A DNA stretch of 64,000 nt, taken from contig OZ220701.1 in NCBI GenBank assembly GCA_965116745.1, forward strand, positions 436,744 through 500,743. Reading direction: 5' to 3'. The stretch's first letter is position 1; each line of letters opens with the position of its first letter. The stretch is from Alphaproteobacteria bacterium. GTDB lineage: Bacteria > Pseudomonadota > Alphaproteobacteria > TMED109. The position numbers and the translations under genes were made by a program. The notes under the pieces were generated by a model. That model had not been told where the DNA came from. It worked only from the letters and a program-made list of their open reading frames with translations, and searched no databases. Of the stretch, positions 18,041 to 26,618 are shown one piece after another.

Positions 18041-20092
18041 ATGATACCGCCAACAGGCACGGTCGGTGCCGATAGGCTGCAGGCGGCGAGGCGGCGTCGA
18101 TGGCGAGGCCTCGCCCGATTGGCGCAGGCCAGCATCCGCCATGGCGCCCGGCTGTGCGCGGTTGTGTGGGCGTCAGCGGCAGTGGGCGCACATGCGGACA
18201 CGGTCGGGCAGCCCCTTTCCGGGGAACCCTGCATCGAGGATGGCCGGCGGCTGACGTACGGTTTCTTTGCGGACTTCCGACCCGTGAGCTTCAGCGAGAA
18301 CCTGGATCCGGACAGCCCCGCATTCGATGACCATCGTGGTTACGAGGCCGACCTCCTGACCGCGTTGGAGACCATGGCGGACGCCGGTCTTGCGTTTGAC
18401 CGACGGGGCATCGATATCTGGCCGGACATCTGGCTGCGACCGGCAGGCCCTGACTACGACTTTGTGGGCGGCGGCATCACCATACTGGATTCGCGCACAC
18501 GTGACGCCGATGGCGTGGAGCAGGTGGCGTTCACGTCCGGCCACATCGCCTTTCGACAGTCGCTGCTTGTGCGCGCCGAGGACGCGCAGCGCTACGCATC
18601 GCATGCCGACCTGGGTCCCGCGCGGGTGGCGGCGTTGGGCGGTACGACCGGGGAGCATCGGCTGCTGGTGCTGACCGGGGTGGTGGGGGCGGAGGGCAAC
18701 CTGGCGGCGGGCACTGCGATTCACCTGGCCGACGGCACTTCCCTTACGGCCGACGGCAGCGCCCATTATCAGATCACCGCGGCGGGCTCCAGCGCGAACC
18801 TGGCGAACCGTGTGCGTATCGAGGGACCATCGGGCACGGTGAAGGAAGTGCTCATTCTGTCCACAGATCAGGACCAGCTGGATGCGCTTGCGAGCGGGCG
18901 CGTGGACGCCATCGCCCGCGGCGAACTGGGCAACCGGGAGGCGTCCCGCAACGCTAACTCGCGCTTTGTCGTGACCGCGCTCGACCCGGCGGTGGAGTAC
19001 GGCGGCTTCGCGTTCGACAAGGACGACCAGGGACTCGCTGCGTGCGTCGATGCCCGGATCAACTACCTGACCGACGGTCGAAGCATCGGTTTTGCGGAAT
19101 GGCTCGACGACTCGCAGGCGTTCCTGCAGCGCGCCCGATACTGGAACGCGACGGAAGCGCTTGCCCAGATCTATGCCTATTCGGCGCTTACCGAGCTCGT
19201 GCGCGAACGATTCAATCGTACCTTGCGCGCCCCGGTCGACGCGGGCGATGCGGCGTGGGACCCCAACCCCGGCGGTCTCTGGCTGCGGGTGCAGCACGGA
19301 GGCCGGCGCAACGAGAACGCCCACGCCGACAGTCGCCCGTTCGACGGCGGCAGCTGGCGGGAAGACCGCAGCGAACTGCAAGTCGGTGTGTACCGGCCCC
19401 TCGACGGACTGGACGTCGACCTTCGAGCGGGGTTCACCGGACACGTATTCCGAGTGAATGCCCACGTCGAAAACGGTCGAGGCGCGCCGGGGTCGGATGC
19501 GGAAGCACTCGGTTACGGCGGCGGGGTGAGCCTGACCTGGATAGGCAGACGAGGCCCTTATGCGGCGACCGAGGCGCGATTCAGTCTTTGGGAAGCCGAG
19601 GTGAACTACCGGCGGCGGGAATTGTCGACCGGCATCGACGGACGGTCCTGGGGAGTGTCGGCGGAATCGGGCTGGCGATTCGGCGGGGACGGTTTCCGGC
19701 TGACGCCACGGCTGCGCGTCGCGTGGACCGGCGTGGGCTTCGATCGCTTCACCGACAGCGACGGCGTCACCGTGCGGCAGGACCATGACAACGCCTTGGA
19801 CGCCGCGTTGGGCGTGGCGGTTGGCATCGTCATGCCGGATTCCGGAATCCGGCTGTACGGTGACCTGGAGTTGGTGCGTGACTTCGAGGAAGACAGCGCC
19901 ATCGCCGCCTACGGATACCGGTTCCGCTCCGGCTTGGCGGAAACCTGGGCGCGGCTGCAGGTGGGCGTCCGCAAGGAGTTCTCGCCGCGCGTGAGTGCTG
20001 CGTTGAGCAGCGATTTCGGGGTGGGACTGGACCCTGACACCGAGAGCACGTCCATGTGGGACATTCAGGCGGCCCTGCGTTGGGCGCTGTGA
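18041..20092 (+). CDS. autotransporter with a family-3 solute-binding-protein (SBP_bac_3-like) passenger
   Basis: The N-terminal half has SBP3 blocks (YEADLLTALE...DFVGGGITILDSRTR...VAFTSGHIAFRQSLLVR...LGGTTGE...SGRVDAIARGEL...YGGFAFDKDD...INYLTDG). The C-terminal ~270 aa is an autotransporter beta-domain (WLRVQHGG...ELQVGVY...RLTPRLRVAWTGVGFDRFTD...ALRWAL). The likely true start is TTG 18119, which gives signal peptide MAQASIRHGARLCAVVWASAAVGAHA. Confidence 0.8.
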   Translation: MIPPTGTVGADRLQAARRRRWRGLARLAQASIRHGARLCAVVWASAAVGAHADTVGQPLSGEPCIEDGRRLTYGFFADFRPVSFSENLDPDSPAFDDHRGYEADLLTALETMADAGLAFDRRGIDIWPDIWLRPAGPDYDFVGGGITILDSRTRDADGVEQVAFTSGHIAFRQSLLVRAEDAQRYASHADLGPARVAALGGTTGEHRLLVLTGVVGAEGNLAAGTAIHLADGTSLTADGSAHYQITAAGSSANLANRVRIEGPSGTVKEVLILSTDQDQLDALASGRVDAIARGELGNREASRNANSRFVVTALDPAVEYGGFAFDKDDQGLAACVDARINYLTDGRSIGFAEWLDDSQAFLQRARYWNATEALAQIYAYSALTELVRERFNRTLRAPVDAGDAAWDPNPGGLWLRVQHGGRRNENAHADSRPFDGGSWREDRSELQVGVYRPLDGLDVDLRAGFTGHVFRVNAHVENGRGAPGSDAEALGYGGGVSLTWIGRRGPYAATEARFSLWEAEVNYRRRELSTGIDGRSWGVSAESGWRFGGDGFRLTPRLRVAWTGVGFDRFTDSDGVTVRQDHDNALDAALGVAVGIVMPDSGIRLYGDLELVRDFEEDSAIAAYGYRFRSGLAETWARLQVGVRKEFSPRVSAALSSDFGVGLDPDTESTSMWDIQAALRWAL

Positions 20093-20176
20093 GCTCACTC
20101 TGAACTTTGGGGGGAGCCAAGTTGTTGGGGTCTTGGGATAGATCAGCAAGGTGACGGAAGCACGCGCATCAGATCA

Positions 20177-20365
20177 ATGGGTCGCAACGCGCGGCTCGAA
20201 GAAGTATCCGAGGCCGGCAACATGGACCTACCCGGCTTCCGGTTGCATCGCCTCAAGGGCGATCTCGGAAGTTTCTGGTCGGTCACCGTGTCCGGCAACT
20301 GGCGCGTGATCTTCCGGTTCGAGGGTGGTCACGCCAGCGATGTCGATCTGGTCGATTATCACTAG
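20177..20365 (+). CDS. higB: HigB-type (RelE/ParE superfamily) toxin, apparently N-terminally truncated
   Basis: The C-terminal two-thirds matches plasmid-maintenance killer proteins (NMDLPGFRLHRLKGDLGSFWSVTVSGNWRVIFRFEGGHASDVDLVDYH). It is 62 aa versus ~92 aa typical, and upstream in-frame codons do not look HigB-like. Confidence 0.7.
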   Translation: MGRNARLEEVSEAGNMDLPGFRLHRLKGDLGSFWSVTVSGNWRVIFRFEGGHASDVDLVDYH

Positions 20366-20377
20366 GGAGAACAAGCG

Positions 20378-20668
20378 ATGCCGATGAAGAAGCCACCGCA
20401 TCCGGGCCTTTCGGTGCGGCACGACTGTCTGGCACCCTTGGGGCTGAACGTCACCGAGGGGGCAAAGCGCCTGGGGATCAGCCGCAAGCAGCTTTCCGAC
20501 ATCGTGAACGGTCATGCGGGCATTTCGCCGGCAATGGCAATTCGCCTCGACAAGGCATTCGGGGGCGGTGCCCACACGTGGTTGCGACTCCAGGCTGCCT
20601 ACGATTTGGCGCAAGCGATGAAGCACGCGGACGAAGTCAAGGTCGAGCGGCTGGTACCAGTGGCCTGA
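20378..20668 (+). CDS. higA: HigA-type XRE-family antitoxin
   Basis: [70 protein letters not shown] is the canonical HigA HTH. Confidence 0.9.
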   Translation: MPMKKPPHPGLSVRHDCLAPLGLNVTEGAKRLGISRKQLSDIVNGHAGISPAMAIRLDKAFGGGAHTWLRLQAAYDLAQAMKHADEVKVERLVPVA

Positions 20669-20683
20669 TCCGTGGGGTCGCTT

Positions 20684-20881
20684 GCCGCCGCGGCTGCGCA
20701 GCCGAAGCCAGCCGATCTTCGGGAACCACGGCCTGCCGTCCCGGATGCGCACATCCTGCGGGACCGTCACACTGTCGCGGCCGCGGCGCGTGAACCGCGG
20801 CCGCCCGGCCTCGTCCCGGAAGAACCACCGCCCGGCGTCGGCCTGGCACTTGGCCACCGCGTCTGCGGAAGGCATGCCCTG
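20684..20881 (-). pseudogene. TnpB (IS605/IS607-type OrfB) N-terminal fragment
   Basis: ...FFRDEAGRPRFTRRGRDSVTVPQDVRIRDGRPWFPKIGWLRLRSR matches the conserved PRFK...SF..PQ......LPKIGWVR block of TnpB. It is truncated at the higA boundary. Confidence 0.5.
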
Positions 20882-20963
20882 TCGCAGCATGTGAAGGGTG
20901 GATTCTGGATGTTCCTCGTCCCCGGGGGTGTCGACTAACCGCGGTACATGGGCGATCCAGAGC

Positions 20964-21065
20964 TCACAACTCCGCGTGCTCGTGGCAAGCCCGGAACTGG
21001 TCGTCGATCGAGGCGGCGCTCTGCAGATCGGAGGAATAGCGGGCGTAGAGTGCGGCACGGATCAT
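20964..21065 (-). pseudogene. large serine recombinase, first ~33 codons only
   Basis: MIRAALYARYSSDLQSAASIDDQFRACHEHAEL-stop is the catalytic-serine N-terminus (ALYARYSSD.Q) of resolvase/large serine recombinase family proteins. Confidence 0.6.
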
Positions 21066-21241
21066 GTCATCACGCCTGTCGGGTCTGCGGTTTTCGGGTC
21101 TCTTCGGTCGGCCGGTTGTCATCGTCGTCACGACAAGTGTGGCACGCGCAGAAGACGAGCGGCCTGTAATCGAAGGGGAAGCCTTCATTCACGGCCTCCA
21201 GCCGGTCACACTGGAACTCACAACACAGTGATGAGAACCTG

Positions 21242-21344
21242 CCGCACGGGCGGGGACGGGTCGGCGCTCGGGATGCCACGCATCGACCACCGGTTCGATG
21301 TGCGCGAGTTCGGTGTTCAGGTGAGCTACTCCCGCTCGTTCCGA
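21242..21344 (+). repeat. direct repeat, right copy (displaced or pseudo 3-prime end of an OMP gene)
   Basis: See 17702..17804. In this copy the TGA stop is CGA, and no upstream OMP body is attached. Confidence 0.8.
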
Positions 21345-21526
21345 CCGGAGCAGGGTCGGCCGGTCGCAATCGAAATGACCGGGAAGGATCGGACCGCAGC
21401 GGATAGACCGAGGATCACCGAGGTAAGAGCCGGAGACGCTGCTGGATGGCGGTGTATCACACAATGGTCAGCTTTCAGGAAGCATTTTTGATCGATATTC
21501 CTTCCAAAATGATCTAGATTAGAAGG

Positions 21527-21730
21527 ATGAAAACTACCATTGATATTCCTGACCGAGAGCTTGAAGATGCCATCAGGTTCACGGGGGCAAAGACCAAGCG
21601 GGAAGCCGTGGTCGGTGCGATCGCCGACTTCAACCGTCGTATGCGCATGGCGGAGCTCATCCAATACGCCGGCACCTGCACCGAAATGATCGCGCCGGAT
21701 GAACTTCAGGCGGCCCGGCGCCAGGAGTGA
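21527..21730 (+). CDS. vapB: VapB-family (DUF2191-type) antitoxin
   Basis: MKTTIDIPDRELEDAIRFTGAKTKREAVVGAIADFNRR is the typical type II VapB/DUF2191 N-terminus. AGAAGGA lies upstream of the ATG. Confidence 0.85.
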   Translation: MKTTIDIPDRELEDAIRFTGAKTKREAVVGAIADFNRRMRMAELIQYAGTCTEMIAPDELQAARRQE

Positions 21731-21734
21731 GCCG

Positions 21735-22106
21735 TTGATCCTGATCGATACATCGTCATGGATACACATGCTGCGGCCCGGCGGTGACCCGAACGTGCGC
21801 AGCCGCGTAGAAGCCGCGTTGGCAAGCGGACAGGCGTGCTGGTGCCCACTCGTGCAGCTGGAACTTTGGAATGGAGCGCTCGGACGCCGTGAACGGACAG
21901 TGCTCCATCACTTTGAAGCTGTCTTGCCGGAACTCCCGATTGACGCGGAAGTATGGTCGGCCGCATTCGATCTGGCACGTCGCGCGCGTGCGCAAGCGAT
22001 AACGGTTCCGACCACCGACCTGATTATCGCCGCGTGTGCCAGGCGTCATCACGCAACGTTGGAAACAGCCGACTCAGATTTCGAATTGCTGGATGAGGTG
22101 CGTTAA
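21735..22106 (+). CDS. vapC: PIN-domain VapC toxin
   Basis: LILIDTSSWIH... gives the first PIN acidic residue, and ...TTDLIIAACA...LETADSDF the later ones. TTG at 21735 sits 7 nt after a GGAG inside the vapB stop region. Confidence 0.85.
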   Translation: MILIDTSSWIHMLRPGGDPNVRSRVEAALASGQACWCPLVQLELWNGALGRRERTVLHHFEAVLPELPIDAEVWSAAFDLARRARAQAITVPTTDLIIAACARRHHATLETADSDFELLDEVR

Positions 22107-22401
22107 CGCCGACCCGTAGTCACGATGACCGCGCAACACTTGGTCAGATCATGCGGTTCCGGTCGCTCCTCGATGAGCTCTTCATCGTCCCGCTTGTGCA
22201 TGAGCCCAGGTGGAACTCATCACTCTTGCGCTGAGCCTGACGGCAATGCGTCGCCGTTACACGTGGCAGCGCCGTGTCACCGGTGTCAATGGCAACTGAA
22301 AACGTCACCCTTTCGCGGGGCCGGCCGGGGGGTCGCGGGGGTATCGGCGTGCGTGTCGACGGGTCGCCCGCGCGCGGCACGGAGTAGAGCGCGCGGGCTG
22401 C

Positions 22402-22575
22402 TCATCCCGGGATCTCTTCGCGGTGGCTCGCGGTCCGGCTCCGCAGCAGGTCCTGGTGTTCGCGCATACGGTAGCTGTTGCCGCGGATGTGGATGACGAC
22501 GGCGTGGAGGAGGCGGCGGTCGATGAGCGCGGTGGCGTCGAACTGTTCGCTGGGCCGCTTGCAGAACGCCGGCAT
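22402..22575 (-). pseudogene. IS21-family IstB helper ATPase, C-terminal fragment
   Basis: ...DATALIDRRLLHAVVIHIRGNSYRMREHQDLL matches the IstB tail (AILDRLLHH..V..I.G.SYR.R). Confidence 0.55.
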
Positions 22576-22601
22576 CATCTTGGGCCGCCCGCATCCGAGG
22601 T

Positions 22602-23099
22602 CTATTCGCATGCGCCCGGCCCCACCGAGGATCGGCTCCCTTCGATGACGGTGAGAAGGTGAACGAGCTCCGGGTCGCCCATGCAATCCACCAGTGATGC
22701 CGCGAGATCAACCCCGTGCGCGGCGATCTCGTCCAGATCCTCGAAGCGGCGCACGTAGAATGCGCAACCGGCCTCGGCACGGGGGTGGGCGTTCCCCTCC
22801 CGCTCGCGCAATGCCCGGACATTCCAGAAGCCGACGGCGTCTCGCTGGCCCATGACCATGAAAGCGGCGAGCGCGCCACCGTGGGCCAGGGCGTGGGCAG
22901 TGCGGCTTTTCGCAGAGCCCAATGTGAGTACGATCCGCTCGCCCGTCGTGAGACCATGAGCGCGGTTGATACAGCTCTGAACCCGTTGCAGCGCTACTTT
23001 GGCCTCCTCTGGTTCCGGCTGCCACGCACCGGGGCCCGGCGCCGCGGTGCAACCGGCGAGCAGGAACGCGAGAGTGATGCCGAAGCAGGGTGATCTCAT
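22602..23099 (-). CDS. hypothetical lipoprotein
   Basis: Lipobox MRSPCFGITLAFLLAGC at the internal ATG 23099. No family recognised. The 3-prime end abuts the IstB fragment and may be truncated. Confidence 0.5.
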   Translation of the reverse strand: MRSPCFGITLAFLLAGCTAAPGPGAWQPEPEEAKVALQRVQSCINRAHGLTTGERIVLTLGSAKSRTAHALAHGGALAAFMVMGQRDAVGFWNVRALREREGNAHPRAEAGCAFYVRRFEDLDEIAAHGVDLAASLVDCMGDPELVHLLTVIEGSRSSVGPGACE

Positions 23100-23212
23100 T
23101 TTGCTGTCTCCCGGACCCGGTGCGGCAGCGGAAAGTCGCCTTCCCGCATCAGCTGGTAGGTCGCAGACAACTCGGGCCGCTTCGCTCCTGCATCTCTTCG
23201 CAACGCAGCGTC

Positions 23213-23308
23213 GGGGTCGACCGGGCCCGCACCCGGATCGGCCTGGCAAACCTCGCCTACAACTTCCAGCGCCTCGTCTTCCACGAGCGCCGGGCGGCTG
23301 TCGCCTGA
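23213..23308 (+). pseudogene. IS5-family transposase, C-terminal remnant
   Basis: RARTRIGLANLAYNFQRLVFHERR resembles the conserved C-terminal helix of IS5/IS1182-group transposases. Confidence 0.5.
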
Positions 23309-23494
23309 AGCTGCATCCAGGCCGCCAAACAGGGGCAAATCCCCCCGAACCTGGGCGCCGGCAGGACCCGCAGACGGCCATTCGGCCGGATTCCGGCAGG
23401 CATCACGCTTCACCCACGCCCATCATGCTGCCAGCGACACGATCACGCGCTTCCTGGAGACGTTCAGTCGGCAACCGTCTCCCGTCGCCCCGCT

Positions 23495-26137
23495 TCAGGG
23501 TAGCGCCACCTTCAGGCCGACGTAGTAGTAGCCGCCATTGAAGCCGAAAGGCGAACCTTCCGGATACAGCAGGCCCGCCACTTCGCCGGCCGGATTCTCT
23601 TCCGGATATTCGTCGAGGATGTTTTCTGCGCCGATCGCCAAGGTCACGGAATCGTTCCAGTCGAACGAGACCTCCGCGTCGAACAGCACCCGCGGGTCCG
23701 CATGGAATTGCAAGCTCTCGGTATCGGTATTGGTCGGCGCATCGAAGAATCCGCCGTAGTACCGACTCCGCGCCATCAATTGCCAGAGGCCCTGCCGGTG
23801 AGTCCAGGTTGCTACGTATCGCTGATCCGGTCGCCCTTCTTCAATCTGCCGCCTGCGTTTCTCGTTGGTGTAGCGCGGATCGTAGTCCGTAAGCGAAACG
23901 TCCGACCAGTTCCCAGCGAGGGTCAGGCTCGACTCTCCGCCCCAGAGTTCGAATGGCAACGTCGCCACGAGGTCGATTCCCGAGGCCTCCACGGTCTGCC
24001 GGTTCGTGAAAAATCGGACGGAAGTGAAGCTGGAAGCATCGGAGACGCCCGCCGTGAGCAGCGCGTCGATATCCTCGGGGGCAAGTTCGAACCTGCTGGT
24101 GAGGGTAATCCGGTCTTCAATCTCGATATTGTAGTAGTCGAGGGTGATGTCGAGCCGGTTCAGGCTGATGACGGTACCCATGGTGAAATTCGTGGACTGC
24201 TCGGGTGTGAGGGGCGTCGCACCCAACTGCTGTGCAACAGGATTGGACGGAGGCAAGGTGGCGACGTCTGCGAGCCTGCCGATGAGGAACTCCGTCGTCA
24301 CGTTCCGAACGGTGGCCTGCCCGGCGGTGGGAACCCTGAACCCGGTGCTGACGGAACTGCGCACGGCGACCGAATCCGACACCTGGAATCGGGCGGCCAG
24401 CTTGCCGTCCGTCGTATCGCCGAACAGCCTGTAGTCCTCGTAACGCACTGCAGCGCCCAGCAGGAAGCGCTCGGTCAGGTTTGACTCCAGGTCGACGTAG
24501 GCAGCGTGGGACCTCGACGTGGACTTGCCCGCATCACCGGGCTGGAACCCGGGAAACCCGTTCGACCCGACTCCAAACCCCTGCTCGGGAAGTCCGAATT
24601 CGTCGTCTATGTAGTGGGAATTCGGCTCGCCACTCGTGACCTCGAAGGTCTCGTCCCGGTACTCCAGGCCGAGGGCCACGTTGATCGGAATCCCCGCGCT
24701 GCCGATGTCGAAAGGCCTGGACAGGTCGAAATTGACCACGCGGTCCGTTTCCGTATAGGCGCCCGCGTCGTAGTAGGTCGGAATGTTGTTGCGGAGACCC
24801 AGCAACTGCGGATTGATGGTGTTGTAGATATAGAAGTCGGCGTGGCTCCGGCCGGTCCCCGCACTCAGGTCGTAGAACCAGTCGCCCCGTTTTCCACGCA
24901 GGCCGACAGCCAGGGCACGATCATCGATGTAGCCGCCGAACTGCGGGGTGAAGCCGCCGGGAAATTTCTCGTACAGCGTGTAGCAATCGGGATGATCCCT
25001 GACGGCCGCGAGCGCCTCGGCAGCGGGCGCATGGCCCACAATCGGAATTGGCGGACAATTGGCCGACCGACTACCGCCTAGGTCGGCGACTTTGATGGTC
25101 GCGGTGCCGTCGGGCAACGGATCCCCCTTGAAGACCCCTTCACGCGTGTGCGGGTTTCGGAAGTAGAACCCCCCCTCAACCTGGCGTTCGGCCCAATTGC
25201 CGAAGGCATAGACTTCCGCTCCGTTGGGAAGATCAACGCCAAAGTTGCCGAACAGTTTGTAGTCGCCGGAGTACTTGGGCGATCCCCAGATCTGGGCCGT
25301 CGGCTGCCGTACGTGCGCGTTGCCGGCATCGACGAGATCCTGAGCGTCTCCGCGTTGCACGGCGCGGTCGGTGGGTTCGGAATCCTTCCACTCGAAACTC
25401 AGATTGGCGAAGCCGTCGGCTGTCAGTGGCAGGCCCACGTTGCCCGCCAGGGTCAGCACGTCACCGTCGCCTTCGTAGTGGCTGCCCCACCTGGCGTCCA
25501 CCGTGGTGCCGGAACTGCCGTCCTTCAGGACGAAGTTCAGGATGCCCGCAATCGCATCGGAGCCGTACTGCGCCGAGGCACCGTCCCTCAGCACTTCGAG
25601 CCGGTCCAGGGCAATCGCCGGAATCGCGGAAATATCGGCGCCTTGCGCCCCGGTCGAGATGCCCGATCCAAGCCACGTGATCACTGCGCCGCGGTGGCGG
25701 CGCTTGCCGTTGACCAGCACCAATGTCGAGTCCGGCGGGAGGCCGCGCAACGTCGCCGGCCGGATGAACGATGCTGCGTCGCTGATGGGCTCCAGGCCGA
25801 CGTTGTACGACGGGACCTGGCTGGCAACCAGGGCATCCAGGTTGTTGTCGCCCTGCATAACGAAATCGTCACCGGCGACGACATCGACCGGAACCGGGGA
25901 TTCGGTAGCAGAACGATCTCTTCTGCGCGATCCGATGACGACGATGTCCTCGATGAGGGCATCGCTGTCCGCCCCGATCGCTTCAGGAGTGGCATCCTGG
26001 GCGACAGCCGGGCGTTCGACCACCAACGAAGCACAGCCTACAAGGCAGACGGACAAGACCCATCGCAATGCAAGCATCCTGAGCCGATGGCAAGATTGGC
26101 CAACGGTTACGGAACCGGCGAGCGCCCTGATCATCAC
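23495..26137 (-). CDS. TonB-dependent outer-membrane receptor
   Basis: Signal peptide, then plug blocks (IEDIVVIGSRR, LRGLPPDSTLVLVNGKRR, LEVLRDGASAQYGSDAIAGILNFVLK), then a long barrel. GGAGGGGAG lies upstream of the ATG at 26137. Confidence 0.9.
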   Translation of the reverse strand: MMIRALAGSVTVGQSCHRLRMLALRWVLSVCLVGCASLVVERPAVAQDATPEAIGADSDALIEDIVVIGSRRRDRSATESPVPVDVVAGDDFVMQGDNNLDALVASQVPSYNVGLEPISDAASFIRPATLRGLPPDSTLVLVNGKRRHRGAVITWLGSGISTGAQGADISAIPAIALDRLEVLRDGASAQYGSDAIAGILNFVLKDGSSGTTVDARWGSHYEGDGDVLTLAGNVGLPLTADGFANLSFEWKDSEPTDRAVQRGDAQDLVDAGNAHVRQPTAQIWGSPKYSGDYKLFGNFGVDLPNGAEVYAFGNWAERQVEGGFYFRNPHTREGVFKGDPLPDGTATIKVADLGGSRSANCPPIPIVGHAPAAEALAAVRDHPDCYTLYEKFPGGFTPQFGGYIDDRALAVGLRGKRGDWFYDLSAGTGRSHADFYIYNTINPQLLGLRNNIPTYYDAGAYTETDRVVNFDLSRPFDIGSAGIPINVALGLEYRDETFEVTSGEPNSHYIDDEFGLPEQGFGVGSNGFPGFQPGDAGKSTSRSHAAYVDLESNLTERFLLGAAVRYEDYRLFGDTTDGKLAARFQVSDSVAVRSSVSTGFRVPTAGQATVRNVTTEFLIGRLADVATLPPSNPVAQQLGATPLTPEQSTNFTMGTVISLNRLDITLDYYNIEIEDRITLTSRFELAPEDIDALLTAGVSDASSFTSVRFFTNRQTVEASGIDLVATLPFELWGGESSLTLAGNWSDVSLTDYDPRYTNEKRRRQIEEGRPDQRYVATWTHRQGLWQLMARSRYYGGFFDAPTNTDTESLQFHADPRVLFDAEVSFDWNDSVTLAIGAENILDEYPEENPAGEVAGLLYPEGSPFGFNGGYYYVGLKVALP

Positions 26138-26306
26138 TCCCCTCCCTTAAGCGGTTTGAGCCATTCCTAGGAATTTAGGGAATCCGATACGAAAGTGCCA
26201 AGGAGGCCGATAACTCGTTGATCTGATTATGTGCTCACCCGACTTCCGAACCTGACTATGCGGCATAACCTCATAGTTGTGCGCACTGGCAAGCGACGGA
26301 GCGCAG

Positions 26307-26393
26307 CGAGCGAAGCGGGGTTGGTGGCAATGGCAGCCCGCTGCGGATCACTCCCACGGAGATGTCGGTTCGAATCTGACCGTCAGCTTCGCT
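26307..26393 (+). ncRNA. tRNA-like element or tRNA 3-prime fragment (not a canonical tRNA)
   Basis: A perfect T-arm, GTCGG-TTCGAAT-CTGAC (26363..26379; its G-T pair fits only the + strand), is followed by CGTCAGC. The whole is enclosed by a 9-bp stem, GAGCGAAGC/GCTTCGCTC. I could not fold a D-arm or anticodon arm, and no CCA is present. Confidence 0.25.
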
Positions 26394-26618
26394 CACTCCA
26401 TGGCGTCATACAACCCATGGAAAGCATTGAACATTTTCGAAAACACGTTGCATGATCTTGACGTCAGAAACGAAGAAAGAGAGCCACCTGGTTGGCACAG
26501 TCCGCACCCGACAAGGCATACCGAGACGGCATTTCCCTGATTGTGCGGCGACAGCCATGGAGTCGACCAGCCCGTCCGTGCCGTCGTCCCTGAGCCCGGA
26601 CGCGCCCAGCCAGTAGTA

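Noticed and set aside
20684-21065. IS607 element (serine recombinase TnpA plus TnpB)
   Set aside because: The recombinase fragment starts directly with the catalytic-serine motif. That is typical of large serine recombinases and resolvases, not the MerR-HTH-first IS607 TnpA. The two fragments are therefore treated as separate remnants.
26280-26400. Complete tRNA, tRNA-Sec or tmRNA gene
   Set aside because: The T-arm is perfect, but I could not build D and anticodon arms. Five extra nucleotides sit between the T-stem and the long closing stem. There is no CCA, no G3-U70 pair, and no tag-peptide reading frame. It is kept only as a tRNA-like fragment.
26138-26400. Cobalamin or other riboswitch in the 5-prime leader of the TonB-dependent receptor (minus strand)
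   Set aside because: The reverse strand has GGGA..GTGA..TCC..GCAGCGGGCTGCC, which only loosely recalls the cobalamin core. No B12 box was found. The one wobble pair in the best helix is compatible only with the plus strand.
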